DNA of 64,000 bases, taken from an uncultured delta proteobacterium (GTDB lineage: Bacteria > Desulfobacterota > Syntrophia > Syntrophales > UBA2185). Below, one piece after another: positions 31,784-41,570 of the stretch. Under the pieces are notes generated by a model. It saw only the letters and a program-made list of their open reading frames with translations, was not told the origin of the DNA and searched no databases. Location of the stretch: NCBI GenBank assembly GCA_963695875.1, contig CAVOID010000007.1, positions 1 through 64,000 on the forward strand, read 5' to 3'. Positions within the stretch are counted from its first letter, which is position 1. The number at the start of each line of letters is the position of its first letter. The translations under genes and the position numbers were made by a program.

Positions 31784-32470
31784 TCAGGTTTTTTGTTTTG
31801 TTAAATGAAGCACTCTTGTGGCGGCAGACCCAATTGCGGAAGGTATAAAATTAATAAATGTATATTTCGTGATGAGGTCAAAAATCTTAATTAGAAAGTC
31901 GAAGCAGGCACCATAGTATTCAGGTTCTTTGTTTGTATCATGTTTAACCGTAAATCTTTTGTCTGGGAACTCACCTTCGTAGATGTCTGCTATGTGTTTT
32001 ATCAGAATATTTATAGCAATATTAGTTGTTGGCCCACCTTTATCAGGGCGAATATTTTTACTCTCTTCCTCAAACTTGTCCTTCATTATTCGTGTTAATT
32101 CTTTTACTCTATCCAAAGCCAATATAATATAAGATTCGTCAAGGTCATATAAGTCATCCTTCCTTATTACAAGCTCTCCTGTTCTTGCAACTGCAAGCTT
32201 CAAATATTCGTCCAACTCTTCTGCGTGCTTTAAGAGGACATCTGCGTGCTGCTCTAATATTTTTAAATCAGCCTTGATTTGGGAGTCACGTCTCGAAACA
32301 TCCAAGCCAAATGCGCATATTACAATAGAATGATATATTTCTTTTATAGCGTTGTCACTAAACGGGAATCCCATTTCCTCTATTAACTTGCGGATGTCGG
32401 CTTCTTTTAGCATCTCGCTTTTTAGTTTTCCAGAGAGTATGCCTCGGATTGTGGCTTCGTCTGCTACCAT
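31784..32470 (-). CDS. hypothetical protein
   Basis: Intact low-GC ORF with RBS and upstream promoter P. Confidence 0.7.
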   Translation of the reverse strand: MVADEATIRGILSGKLKSEMLKEADIRKLIEEMGFPFSDNAIKEIYHSIVICAFGLDVSRRDSQIKADLKILEQHADVLLKHAEELDEYLKLAVARTGELVIRKDDLYDLDESYIILALDRVKELTRIMKDKFEEESKNIRPDKGGPTTNIAINILIKHIADIYEGEFPDKRFTVKHDTNKEPEYYGACFDFLIKIFDLITKYTFINFIPSAIGSAATRVLHLTKQKT

Positions 32471-32597
32471 CTGCAACCTCCTGTTGTTTTGCTCCTGTGT
32501 TAATAGGGAAAGGCGGCTCAGGATTGCCGCTTTTCGGGAGCGACCCTATCTTTGATTTTTTGATAGGTTTGATAGGAACTTCATTTTTCGTGAGGGA

Positions 32598-32626
32598 AGT
32601 ATAAGACAAGCGGCCTTGTGTGTCAA
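32598..32626 (-). promoter_or_regulatory. repeated sigma70 promoter P
   Basis: TTGACA-N17-TATACT. Confidence 0.8.
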
Positions 32627-32642
32627 TGCAATGCTGACCATT

Positions 32643-32697
32643 GATTACCACTTGAAAGGATGCATATCTGTCAAAATCATCGGATGCTTGACTTCAG
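32643..32697 (+). repeat. A-N36-B site with B split by IS110 #3
   Basis: GATTACCACTTGAA, N36, TTCAG | GAAG (34315-18). Confidence 0.85.
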
Positions 32698-32795
32698 CTT
32701 GCTATATTGTAGTTCGGGATTGAATCGACTTCGAGAATGTCATATATCCTTCCGATGCAAGATTGGTTATTCCAGGAAAATGGCAAGGGAGGGAT

Positions 32796-34067
32796 ATGGT
32801 TATGAAGAAAGCAGATACCGGGAAAGTGAGAGGTGTAAGGGACGACGCGTTGATCGTAGCGGTAGATATAGGAATGGAGATGAATCGGGGATATTGTACC
32901 ACCCCAGACGGGAGGAGCACGAAGACTTTCAAGTTTGAAAATACCAGGGAGGGAATGGATACGCTCTGGGGCATGATTATGGCGAGCAAGAACAGATTTA
33001 AATGTAACGAGGTGATTGTCGGATATGAATCAACCGGTCCCTATGGGGAGCCTATGCTTCATTACCTGATGAAAAAGCCGGTTAGGATTGTGCAGGTCAA
33101 TCCCATGCACACAAAGAGGGTAAAGGAGATAAACGACAATTCTCCGTTAAAGACCGATGAGAAGGATCCGCGGGTCATTGCGGATATCATACGGTGGGGC
33201 CATGCATTGAGCATTGTCATCCCGGAAGGTGATGCGGCGTATTTACGGAGGTTGAACAACTCGCGGGAGAGGCATGTAAGGGAACGGACTGCCCTTGTGA
33301 ACCAGTTACAGCAATTGGTCTTTCTGTTGTTTCCCGAGTTCATGACAGTGATAAAAGATATAAAATGCAAGACACCTCTCTACCTTCTCAAGAGATATCC
33401 GACGCCGGAGGCCATAAGTGTTTTGGACAAGCAGCTCCTTGGCGAAGAAATGAGGAAGCGGAGCAGGGGCAAGTTTAGAGAGCACCATGCGGACATGCTG
33501 ATCAATCTTGCCAAGAATACCGTCGGTATCAGAGAAGGCGTTTCTGGTCTCTCCATGGACATAAGACATATCCTCGTTCAATTGGAGATGCTAAAAAACC
33601 TTATTGCCGAGATAGAGAGCGAGATGGAGATAGCCCTTGGGAGGATACCTTATAGCTCAAAGTTGCTTTCCATAAAAGGGCTTGGCGTAGTATCCGTGGC
33701 AGGCATCATCGGAGAGATAGGAGATTTTAAGAAATTCAAGACACGGTCAGAGATCATGAAACTGGCCGGTCTTGACCTCTACGAGATAAGCTCCGGCAAA
33801 ATGAAAGGACAGCGGAGGATCTCAAAAAGAGGAAGGAGTCTGCTCCGGAAGATACTCTATTATGCGGCGATCCAGACCATAAGAAAGAATGGCATCCTGC
33901 ATGATTACTACACAAGACTGACCGACAGGGGCATGAAAAGGATGATGGCCCTCGTTGCGGTTTCCAGGAAGCTTTTGGGAATCATCTATGCGATTGTAAG
34001 GGATGACAGCGAATATTCAGTCAACTTTGAATCCATGAAAAGGCAGGTGATAAAAAAGGCTGCATAA
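32796..34067 (+). CDS. IS110 family transposase/recombinase
   Basis: AVDIG, YESTG, KTDEKD, IKGLG, AGL....SSG, ISKRG...LR. Confidence 0.95.
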   Translation: MVMKKADTGKVRGVRDDALIVAVDIGMEMNRGYCTTPDGRSTKTFKFENTREGMDTLWGMIMASKNRFKCNEVIVGYESTGPYGEPMLHYLMKKPVRIVQVNPMHTKRVKEINDNSPLKTDEKDPRVIADIIRWGHALSIVIPEGDAAYLRRLNNSRERHVRERTALVNQLQQLVFLLFPEFMTVIKDIKCKTPLYLLKRYPTPEAISVLDKQLLGEEMRKRSRGKFREHHADMLINLAKNTVGIREGVSGLSMDIRHILVQLEMLKNLIAEIESEMEIALGRIPYSSKLLSIKGLGVVSVAGIIGEIGDFKKFKTRSEIMKLAGLDLYEISSGKMKGQRRISKRGRSLLRKILYYAAIQTIRKNGILHDYYTRLTDRGMKRMMALVAVSRKLLGIIYAIVRDDSEYSVNFESMKRQVIKKAA

Positions 34068-34079
34068 GGTATTATTACA

Positions 34080-34230
34080 TAGGCGGGGAGATTATCGTTT
34101 TCTTCCATTGAGGCGCATAGCGACCTCCTACTTCAGAATACATAACTCCCCGTCAACATCCTAACCTCAATTGAGCAAGGTAAAAGCGTTTCATACGACT
34201 TTCAAATTACAAGGGTTGGGTAGGATGTCA
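34080..34230 (+). ncRNA. putative bridge RNA of IS110 #3
   Basis: Two stem-bounded loops containing all four guide segments. Confidence 0.85.
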
Positions 34231-34410
34231 TACAACAAGATGGGGATAACCGCCTATGAAAATACCTTCAAACATAAAATACATATGAAAAATATCTTGA
34301 CTGGAATAAACAAGGAAGAAGCAGAGTGTCGGCACAAGGGCCGTGGGAAGCCAACCGAAAATGGCACTTTAAAAAGTTGCTTTCGGCTACTAAAGGTGAA
34401 ACCGAGATTG

Positions 34411-34596
34411 TCAAGCTTTCCAATCTGTAAATTTATTTTTAATCTTTATTAATTCTTCTAATTTTTCAACTTTTTCGTTTAGAGTAAAAACTAATTTTTC
34501 CAAAAGGTCTATTCTATTATAAAGTTTCCTTGCGATTTGTTTCTCGCAAAAAACGATAATCTCTTTCTCTTTTGTGCCAGTCACGTTTCCGTCCAT
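34411..34596 (-). CDS. small coiled-coil hypothetical protein
   Basis: GGAGG RBS; the copy at 20953-21111 is shortened by a 1-nt indel. Confidence 0.55.
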   Translation of the reverse strand: MDGNVTGTKEKEIIVFCEKQIARKLYNRIDLLEKLVFTLNEKVEKLEELIKIKNKFTDWKA

Positions 34597-34635
34597 AGAT
34601 TGCCTCCATGTCCAGTCTAAAAATTAATATATGAA

Positions 34636-34800
34636 TCAACTTTTCCTGCTGGTCTTGGACATAAACAGGGATATCTGCTGTTTCACCTTCCTGCTTTTGC
34701 ATTTCGGACATATGGCTTTGCCTTTATCATGTTCGCTGAAACTCTGTATCAATGAAAACTCTTTTTTGCAGGCTTCGCAAAGATACTCATACGTTGGCAT
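34636..34800 (-). CDS. FmdB-family zinc ribbon protein
   Basis: MPTYEYLCEAC...CPKC. Confidence 0.85.
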   Translation of the reverse strand: MPTYEYLCEACKKEFSLIQSFSEHDKGKAICPKCKSRKVKQQISLFMSKTSRKS

Positions 34801-35157
34801 GCTTTCACCTCCACATTAGGATTATTTATATTGCTATTTTTGATTTATATTTTAATTAAATGAGATATATTGTCAACTTCAGAATTTCCAAGTTTTAGTC
34901 TTAATATACCACACCCAAGTCATTTATTAAAAAATAAAAAACAGACCCCCAAAATACAGCATAAAAATTGTCTTGGCTTCTGAATTGATGGTAGTATCCT
35001 AAAGGTAATAAAACATACTGTAAGCGGGGGGTACATCCGAAAATGTCTCTTTTTACTTCTAAGGATAATTTGCTCACAGCGTCCGAAACCGTGAGGTCAG
35101 GAAGGTGTCTTACAGCACCTAATCAACGCTGGGGGCTTTTTTCACGGAGGTGGAGAA

Positions 35158-35337
35158 ATGACAAGGATTAAAAAAGATGAAATACTGGGGTATCAATTTG
35201 ATACTGAAACCATCTGCAGAGAATGTGCGACACCGGAAGAACTGAAAGATTTAAACAGGGATGAGGTACTTACTGCGGAAAGCATCGGTGTTGATCTGGT
35301 TTTTTGTGACAGGTGCAAAAAACATATTGAAGATTGA
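35158..35337 (+). CDS. small protein with two CxxC motifs (59 aa)
   Basis: GGAGG RBS; CREC and CDRC. Confidence 0.65.
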   Translation: MTRIKKDEILGYQFDTETICRECATPEELKDLNRDEVLTAESIGVDLVFCDRCKKHIED

Positions 35338-35580
35338 TTCTTGAAGGGTGGGTGATGGGCTTTTTTATGAAAGGAGGTAAGGCAAATGAAAACGGAATAT
35401 AAAAATTATCCTCATTATCAAACTGCTAAATGGGTATTTTCACTCGTACCATTTGCTATTGCTATTCTCCCAGACTCTTCAAATGGATATTGGCATACGG
35501 CTTTTTTGTTTTAACGTTTGGTCTGATAGTTATTTCAGAGCAGATAGAAAGGATAATTGATAAGACAAAAGGAGAACAAA

Positions 35581-36006
35581 ATGGATAAACGCAGATTCTT
35601 CTCAACGCTCTATATTGTATTTTTCGTCAGTCTGTTTATATTACTCTGCGTTTCAAAAAAAGTGATTAGTGCAGATTGGACATTTATCGGTCAAGCAGAA
35701 AATAATGATTCATGGTATTATGACGCAGATAATATAAATTTTCTACCAAACAATATTATTCGAGTATGGGCAAAACATATTCCAAATGAAGATGCTGCTC
35801 TTCGATACGCGTATTCATTATTGTTATATGAAGTTAATTGTAAAGATAACACGCTGACTATTTTGGCAGTAATGGACTACAATGATGATGACGAATTAAT
35901 ATATTCAGTTCAACCGGCAAAACCAGCCCCCGATTATATTGTTTCAGACTCTATTGGATACATATTTCATAAAACTATATGCTCATTGAAAGACTTAAAA
36001 AAGTAA
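35581..36006 (+). CDS. surface-adhesin E-like exported protein
   Basis: Signal peptide; ADW....WYYD..I.....RVW, EVNC. Confidence 0.65.
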   Translation: MDKRRFFSTLYIVFFVSLFILLCVSKKVISADWTFIGQAENNDSWYYDADNINFLPNNIIRVWAKHIPNEDAALRYAYSLLLYEVNCKDNTLTILAVMDYNDDDELIYSVQPAKPAPDYIVSDSIGYIFHKTICSLKDLKK

Positions 36007-36055
36007 AGGCGGTGAGGATTAAACAAGGGGTCGGGAAACTGACCCTTCATATTTC

Positions 36056-36253
36056 TTAAATCGTCTCTTTCTTTGGATAGAGCCCGTTATCATCAAGTTC
36101 AGATGTGTCTACTTCTTTGGCGGTTTGGTTAAGTGGCGAACAATTGAAACGTTTGATTCTTTCACGGGTTGCCATACGTTTAGAGCGAATCATTTGGTCG
36201 GTGGCTATATCATAGCCTATGAAGTAATATACTGTTGTTTTCGGCATGGGCAT
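36056..36253 (-). CDS. small hypothetical protein
   Basis: AAGGAG RBS; intact ORF. Confidence 0.55.
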   Translation of the reverse strand: MPMPKTTVYYFIGYDIATDQMIRSKRMATRERIKRFNCSPLNQTAKEVDTSELDDNGLYPKKETI

Positions 36254-36269
36254 GTCTCCTTTATTTCTT

Positions 36270-36537
36270 TGAGTCAAGTAGACCGGTTTCTCCCCATTGA
36301 ACGTAATAAATACAAAACCCCGCACTCTTTTTGAGTAACAGGGTTTTAATAATCTCTTCATGGCACCACCCTTACAAAAAGGGTTCAGATTAGTTGTTAA
36401 CCTTTCGACGATGCCCTATTTAAATATGATTATTTTTGTGCTCCCAATTCTTTAAAAAGTCAAGAGACAAATTTCATTGATAACCATTTGAAAGGGTGCA
36501 TATCTGTCAAAATCACCGGATACTCCCTTTCAGGAAG
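36270..36537 (+). repeat. D motif, weak C-N36-A, A-N36-B
   Basis: D at 36270-96; CTTAC 36371-75, N36, TGCCCTATTTAA; GATAACCATTTGAA, N36, TTCAGGAAG (36479-537). Confidence 0.75.
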
Positions 36538-36658
36538 AACTAAATAGGCTTTCCCACTGCTCGATGTGAACAAGATTGAACCGCATGATTATCAAAGAAC
36601 CTGGCAAATTTTTTGCTAGAGCATTAGTGCTGGAAATGGGCGATAGACAACTCTCCAG

Positions 36659-37909
36659 CTAAACCATCTCCAAAGCGGTGGCCATGGCTACACCGCCGCC
36701 CCCACAGATAGTTGCTAGGCCAAGGGTCTTCCCACGCCTTTTCATCTCGTGAATCAGAGTAACCATAATACGGCATCCCGTGGAACCAACAGGGTGACCA
36801 AGTCCAATACCAGAACCATTAACGTTGGTAATTTCCCTCTTTAGCCCCAGTTCTTTTTCGCATCCAATATACTGGGCCGCGAATGCCTCATTCACCTCTA
36901 ATAACTCAAAATCCTCCAATTTCAATCCTGATTTCATTAGAAGCATACGTACTGCAGGTGTTGGACTCAAACCCATGACCGAAGGATGACATCCCCCGTA
37001 ACCAACAGCCCTTATTCTTGCGATTGGTCTGATCCCGAGTTCCTTTGCTTTGTCAGCAGACATAATGATCATCCCGCTTGATCCGTCATTAATACCCGAT
37101 GAATTCCCTGCTGTTACTTTACCAATTTTGGGAACAAAGGCAGGGGGTAAAGCTGACAGTTTCTCCATGGTCAGGCCCGGCATAAAATGTTCGTCCATAT
37201 CAAAGATTATAGGGGGTTTACCCTTCTTTTGAGGAATCTCAATCGGAACGATTTCTTCTCGAAAATAGCCTTCTTTAGTAGCCTTTTCAGCATTGTTGTG
37301 ACTGCGCAGTGCTACTTCATCTAATTCGTTTCTGCTGATATTATGGAGTTGTGCAATGAACTCCGCTGTATGTCCCATAATGTATGGTTTACCCTTAAAT
37401 AGCTCCAGAGGCATACCTTCTTTAAGAGGTCCTTTCTCAGGTCCTGGCAGTAAGTGTGAACCGCAATGCAAGGCATGGATCATGGTATCCACAAAGAGGT
37501 GATCCTGTAGACGGCATCCCCAGCGTGCTCCTGGAACAGAATAAGGAATACCTGACATGTGCTCTACACCACCAGCCAGAATGACGTCAGCCAATCCGGA
37601 TTTAATCATGGCCATACCTGATATGACAGCTTCCATTCCTGATACACAAACCCGGTTGATAGTAACAGCGGTTGCTGTATCAGGAATCCCAGCCATAAGG
37701 GCTGATACGCGTGCGACGTTTAGAGCATCAGCAGGTTCCATGCAACAGCCATAACGAACATCGTCTATCATACCGGGTTCTATACCTGCTCGCTTGATAG
37801 ACTCTTTCATGGTCACACTTCCAATAACTGCCGCATTACTGTCTTTTAGAGTGCCGCCAAACGATCCTATTGCTGTTCGGCAAGCCGATACAATCACAAC
37901 ATCTTGCAT
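36659..37909 (-). CDS. acetyl-CoA C-acyltransferase (thiolase)
   Basis: INRVCVSG, NEAF, GHPVGSTG, CGGGG. Confidence 0.95.
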   Translation of the reverse strand: MQDVVIVSACRTAIGSFGGTLKDSNAAVIGSVTMKESIKRAGIEPGMIDDVRYGCCMEPADALNVARVSALMAGIPDTATAVTINRVCVSGMEAVISGMAMIKSGLADVILAGGVEHMSGIPYSVPGARWGCRLQDHLFVDTMIHALHCGSHLLPGPEKGPLKEGMPLELFKGKPYIMGHTAEFIAQLHNISRNELDEVALRSHNNAEKATKEGYFREEIVPIEIPQKKGKPPIIFDMDEHFMPGLTMEKLSALPPAFVPKIGKVTAGNSSGINDGSSGMIIMSADKAKELGIRPIARIRAVGYGGCHPSVMGLSPTPAVRMLLMKSGLKLEDFELLEVNEAFAAQYIGCEKELGLKREITNVNGSGIGLGHPVGSTGCRIMVTLIHEMKRRGKTLGLATICGGGGVAMATALEMV

Positions 37910-38557
37910 GTTTCTCTCCTTAAAATTATTTATGAAATACTCATTGTCCTCTCTCGGGAAGGAATCTCGCCATGTCGTCCTGTGATATGGTGGATGCTGA
38001 CGGCAATTTTTTGCTATCTCACTTGTAGCACCCTGCCAACGGTCATGATTTCAGCCTCTTTGGTTCATTCATAGATCTCGAGGATCTTGGCATTACGGTA
38101 CTATTTCTGGACACTATACTCATCGATATAGCCATATCCCCCGTGAAGTTTCAACACGGCGTCGTCTAAAATCTTACATATTCGTTAGAATATATCAAGT
38201 GCTGATGACATAAAGAAAACCATGAAAAGGAAGTTGTTGAGTTCACCTTGTGTTCTTATGGATTAATGAATGTTATAAACTACCGGCTGGGAAGCCGGGG
38301 TAAAATGGGAGGAGAGAATCTGTACGAGTCGATGGTTTTTGATTTGGAATTGAAGTGAGGATTACGAATCGAACTGTAGCCTTTAACAGTGTTAGCCATA
38401 CCACCGCAGCATCTGCTCACGCCTGTTCGGGATGTGTGATCACAGGTTGACCAGCCACTCCAGCGCAGGGAAACTCTTGCTTGTCCTGCTGTCTTTGGAT
38501 ATATATTTGAACTGCATCATGTGTTGCTTTGTATGTACAAATCCCCTTTTCGGTTTT

Positions 38558-39094
38558 TTAGGCGCCTTCAAGATTAGGATCTTCCCATTCCATAAACCAA
38601 GAACCGGGATCAGTCAGATATAACTCTGTATCTCTGAGTGATGCGTAGTGTTCGTGCTCAATATTGGAAAGGAGGTTAAAAAATGCTTTTTCCTTCGGGT
38701 CGATGACTTCATCACGGAGTTTTGCATAACTTTCTGCTCCCTTGAACTCAAAATCGATTGCCATTTGAATGGCCTTTAGGTCATCGGCGTCTCTATTAAA
38801 TGTCTTCGAAGCATTTTTTGCTGCCTCCCTCAGGACTGTCTTGACAACCGTATCTTTCACCTTGAGTGGAATGGTTTCTGGCCATATTTTTCCCTTTTCC
38901 CAGTTCTCATGGACTTGCTTCAACCTCTCGTAGTGCTCCATCTCTTCACCGGCTATTTGTGTAAACATAGCTTTACTAACAGGGTTCTTGGTCCTCTGTG
39001 CATTCTTAAGATAAAACTCACGTTCTCTTATTTCGTTATTGAGTGCAACCTTTAGCGCGTTTAGTCGTTCTTTCATATCAATCTCCTTCTTCAT
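38558..39094 (-). CDS. ferritin-like / rubrerythrin domain protein
   Basis: Two E..FY...EE..H-type repeats. Confidence 0.85.
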   Translation of the reverse strand: MKKEIDMKERLNALKVALNNEIREREFYLKNAQRTKNPVSKAMFTQIAGEEMEHYERLKQVHENWEKGKIWPETIPLKVKDTVVKTVLREAAKNASKTFNRDADDLKAIQMAIDFEFKGAESYAKLRDEVIDPKEKAFFNLLSNIEHEHYASLRDTELYLTDPGSWFMEWEDPNLEGA

Positions 39095-39400
39095 TGTTAG
39101 TTTCTTATAGAACTTTTAACATTATCTATGTCCAAAGCTCTACGGTTAAGAGAATTGTTACTGTACAACGAACATCATTGTTTAGTATCAAAGCTTGCTC
39201 AATAATATTGTTAATAAATCAGTCTTTTGATTGCGGCAGGGAAGACGTAACAGTGATATCCCATGGTTACAATCAGCAATCATTATTAATCGTGAAATAC
39301 AGAATTATACAGAGATCCACAATAGGGGATATTCTTATTTTGGGCTTCGAAAATTCTTATTCATAATGGATCTGATGAAAACTTCCTTTTTTGTGGGGGA

Positions 39401-39429
39401 AGTATAAGACAAGGGGCCTTGTGTATCAA
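39401..39429 (-). promoter_or_regulatory. repeated sigma70 promoter P
   Basis: TTGATA-N17-TATACT with flanks matching 32581-32630. Confidence 0.7.
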
Positions 39430-39831
39430 TGGTATCCATGACAAGCAGGTTCAAAGATCAAATGAAAATCAGCAATGTGGGGTAAATTACGGAATAGAAT
39501 TTCCCTCCTTGACTGTCCATGCAGATGAGAGTATAGTTTATATGGTATTTCCTACCTGACCTTGATTAATCTAACAACCTAACATCTAACCTTTTGGAGT
39601 GTAGTATGAGAACGAGCTTCCGAAAGGTACCAATATGAAGCCTCCGAGGGGACAGTAATGTCCCTTTGGGGGGCCATCCCTGCATGATCTCAATACCTAA
39701 AGCGAGTTCTTATCAAGTAAACGATGTAGTATTATTACCTTAGTGCAGTAGGAAATCAGTAAGCCGGTTTTGTGGTGATCTCTAATAAATTTCCAGGAAA
39801 TAGAACAATTGAGAAAAAAGGAGGGATTATT

Positions 39832-40041
39832 ATGTCAGTGTACAGTATTATTGAAATCGTGGGGACCAGCCCGACATCGTGGGAAGATGCTGCCCAAGGC
39901 GCCCTGGCAACTGCTTCCAAGACTCTCGAAGATCTTAGAATCGCAGAGGTTGTAAAACAGGATGTTACTGTTGAAAATGGGAAAATAACATCCTTCAGGG
40001 TAAGACTCAATATCTCATTCAAGTATCATGCACGTGCCTGA
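39832..40041 (+). CDS. dodecin family protein
   Basis: VY..IEIVGTS..SWEDAA...ISFKY. Confidence 0.9.
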   Translation: MSVYSIIEIVGTSPTSWEDAAQGALATASKTLEDLRIAEVVKQDVTVENGKITSFRVRLNISFKYHARA

Positions 40042-40199
40042 GCAGATTAGGTTTACATTAAGACGTATAACAATAAGCGGGATCAAAAGACCTTATGTGA
40101 TGAATTATTTCTAAGGCGGCGTACTCTGCGACATTAAGAAAACGGTAAGAAGCAACAGAGCCCAAAAAGCATCTTTTTTTCTGAAAGGAGGTAACACAC

Positions 40200-40685
40200 A
40201 TGGTTTCCGCAGATCTCTTAAGACAATTCGTGTTTTTTAAAGGTTTTGATGAGGGTGATTTAAAGAAACTGTCAGGTGTCGCTTCTGAAGAATCGTTTAA
40301 AGCAGGAGTTCAGGTCTATAAGAGAGGTGATCCGGCAAAAAAACTCTATCTCGTGGAAGAGGGAAAATTTGTCATGCTCATGGAGAGTTACATGGGCACC
40401 GCTAAACCCCCCATGCAGGTGACTGTGGATATCGTCACAAAGGGTGATGCCATGGGATGGTCCGCTGTTGTTGAACCTTACGCTTATACCTTAGGGGCCC
40501 TGTGCATTGACAATGCAAAGGCCATTGCTTTTGATGCGGAGAAACTCAGGGAACTACTGATTCAAGACGGTGCTTTAGGACTTAATTTTATGCAGGCCAC
40601 GGCGCGGGTAATAGCCGCCCGTCTGACCCACACCCAGATCATATTGGTTGGTGAGAGGGGACTGTCTACCTTGGCTGAGACGTGA
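40200..40685 (+). CDS. cyclic nucleotide-binding domain protein
   Basis: Close paralog of 8026-8511. Confidence 0.85.
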   Translation: MVSADLLRQFVFFKGFDEGDLKKLSGVASEESFKAGVQVYKRGDPAKKLYLVEEGKFVMLMESYMGTAKPPMQVTVDIVTKGDAMGWSAVVEPYAYTLGALCIDNAKAIAFDAEKLRELLIQDGALGLNFMQATARVIAARLTHTQIILVGERGLSTLAET

Positions 40686-40716
40686 TGAAGGATAGATCAT
40701 AAAGGAGGTAACTACG

Positions 40717-41136
40717 ATGTTCATACAAGAAGTAGAGCTTTTCAAAGGGATTCCCTCACATATCATTGACGAAATTGCAGAACTCGTCACTCAGGAAAGT
40801 CACCCGGCAGGACATGTATTGTTTCGAGAAGGCGATTTTGCAGATTATCTTTATATTCTTGAAGAAGGAGATCTTGATCTTACCGTTAAGAGGGATAAAC
40901 AACTCTCCTTTTCAGTAGATAAGACAGGTTCTGTATTTGGTTGGTCATCACTTGTAGAGCCGAATCTGTACACGGCTAAAGCGGAATGTGTAAAGGAAAG
41001 CAGGGTGATAAAAATTGACGCAGATCGCCTGATGCGCGTGTTTCAAAAGCATCCTGCCGAGGGTCTGACGATCATGAAGCGTCTGGCAGGGGTCATCGCT
41101 ACACGGCTTATTAAGAGTTACAAGGAGGTCATCTGA
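40717..41136 (+). CDS. cyclic nucleotide-binding domain protein
   Basis: LFREGD, FGWSSL. Confidence 0.85.
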   Translation: MFIQEVELFKGIPSHIIDEIAELVTQESHPAGHVLFREGDFADYLYILEEGDLDLTVKRDKQLSFSVDKTGSVFGWSSLVEPNLYTAKAECVKESRVIKIDADRLMRVFQKHPAEGLTIMKRLAGVIATRLIKSYKEVI

Positions 41137-41210
41137 ACAGTCGTTCCATTTGAGCAATCAGGATGTGAACCTTGTAGTGACAAGTAGTGGGTTGCCTCAA
41201 CGACCTGCAT

Positions 41211-41269
41211 CTTCCTGTAATATGGTTTTTATAATTCAGTCAATCTCGACAGCACTTCAAGTAGCAATC
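41211..41269 (-). repeat. A-N36-B site
   Basis: + strand reads CTTCCTGTA, N36, TTCAAGTAGCAATC. Confidence 0.75.
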
Positions 41270-41344
41270 AGTAGTGACCTAGGAACATTACAATAAAAAG
41301 GGGTTAGAGCTGATCTCTAACCCCGCGGTGTAATTTTTTTCTTT

Positions 41345-41518
41345 CTATGCCTTCAAGCGATTGATCAAACCACTCATGAACTCTTCTCTCTTCCGGAGAA
41401 ATCTCCTAAACTCCCTGTCATCAGTGTTCACTACTTCAACTCGGAGGTCGTGGTAATACCTCTCCAGAATCGCCAGAAGCTCTTTTTCCTCATCAGGTGT
41501 CAACTCAAGCTTTGACAT
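41345..41518 (-). CDS. small hypothetical protein (57 aa)
   Basis: AAGGAGG RBS; MSKLELTPDEE... Confidence 0.7.
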   Translation of the reverse strand: MSKLELTPDEEKELLAILERYYHDLRVEVVNTDDREFRRFLRKREEFMSGLINRLKA

Positions 41519-41570
41519 GGTTTTACCTCCTTTCCATCTATTAACGAATTCCCATACCCCGGTCTTCCTT

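Larger units (their letters stand above)
32696..34314 (+). mobile_element. IS110-family insertion sequence #3
   Basis: AG core at both ends; removing the element restores TTCAGGAAGAA; circle junction gives TTGACT-N17-TATATT. Confidence 0.9.
34328..34931. repeat. ~600-bp direct repeat, copy 2
   Basis: Matches 20841-21446. Confidence 0.95.

Noticed and set aside
36479..36537. A-N36-B as a remnant of a coding sequence (LPE-x12-FKW)
   Set aside because: Several copies have in-frame stops on both strands, and the variation is not biased to third codon positions.
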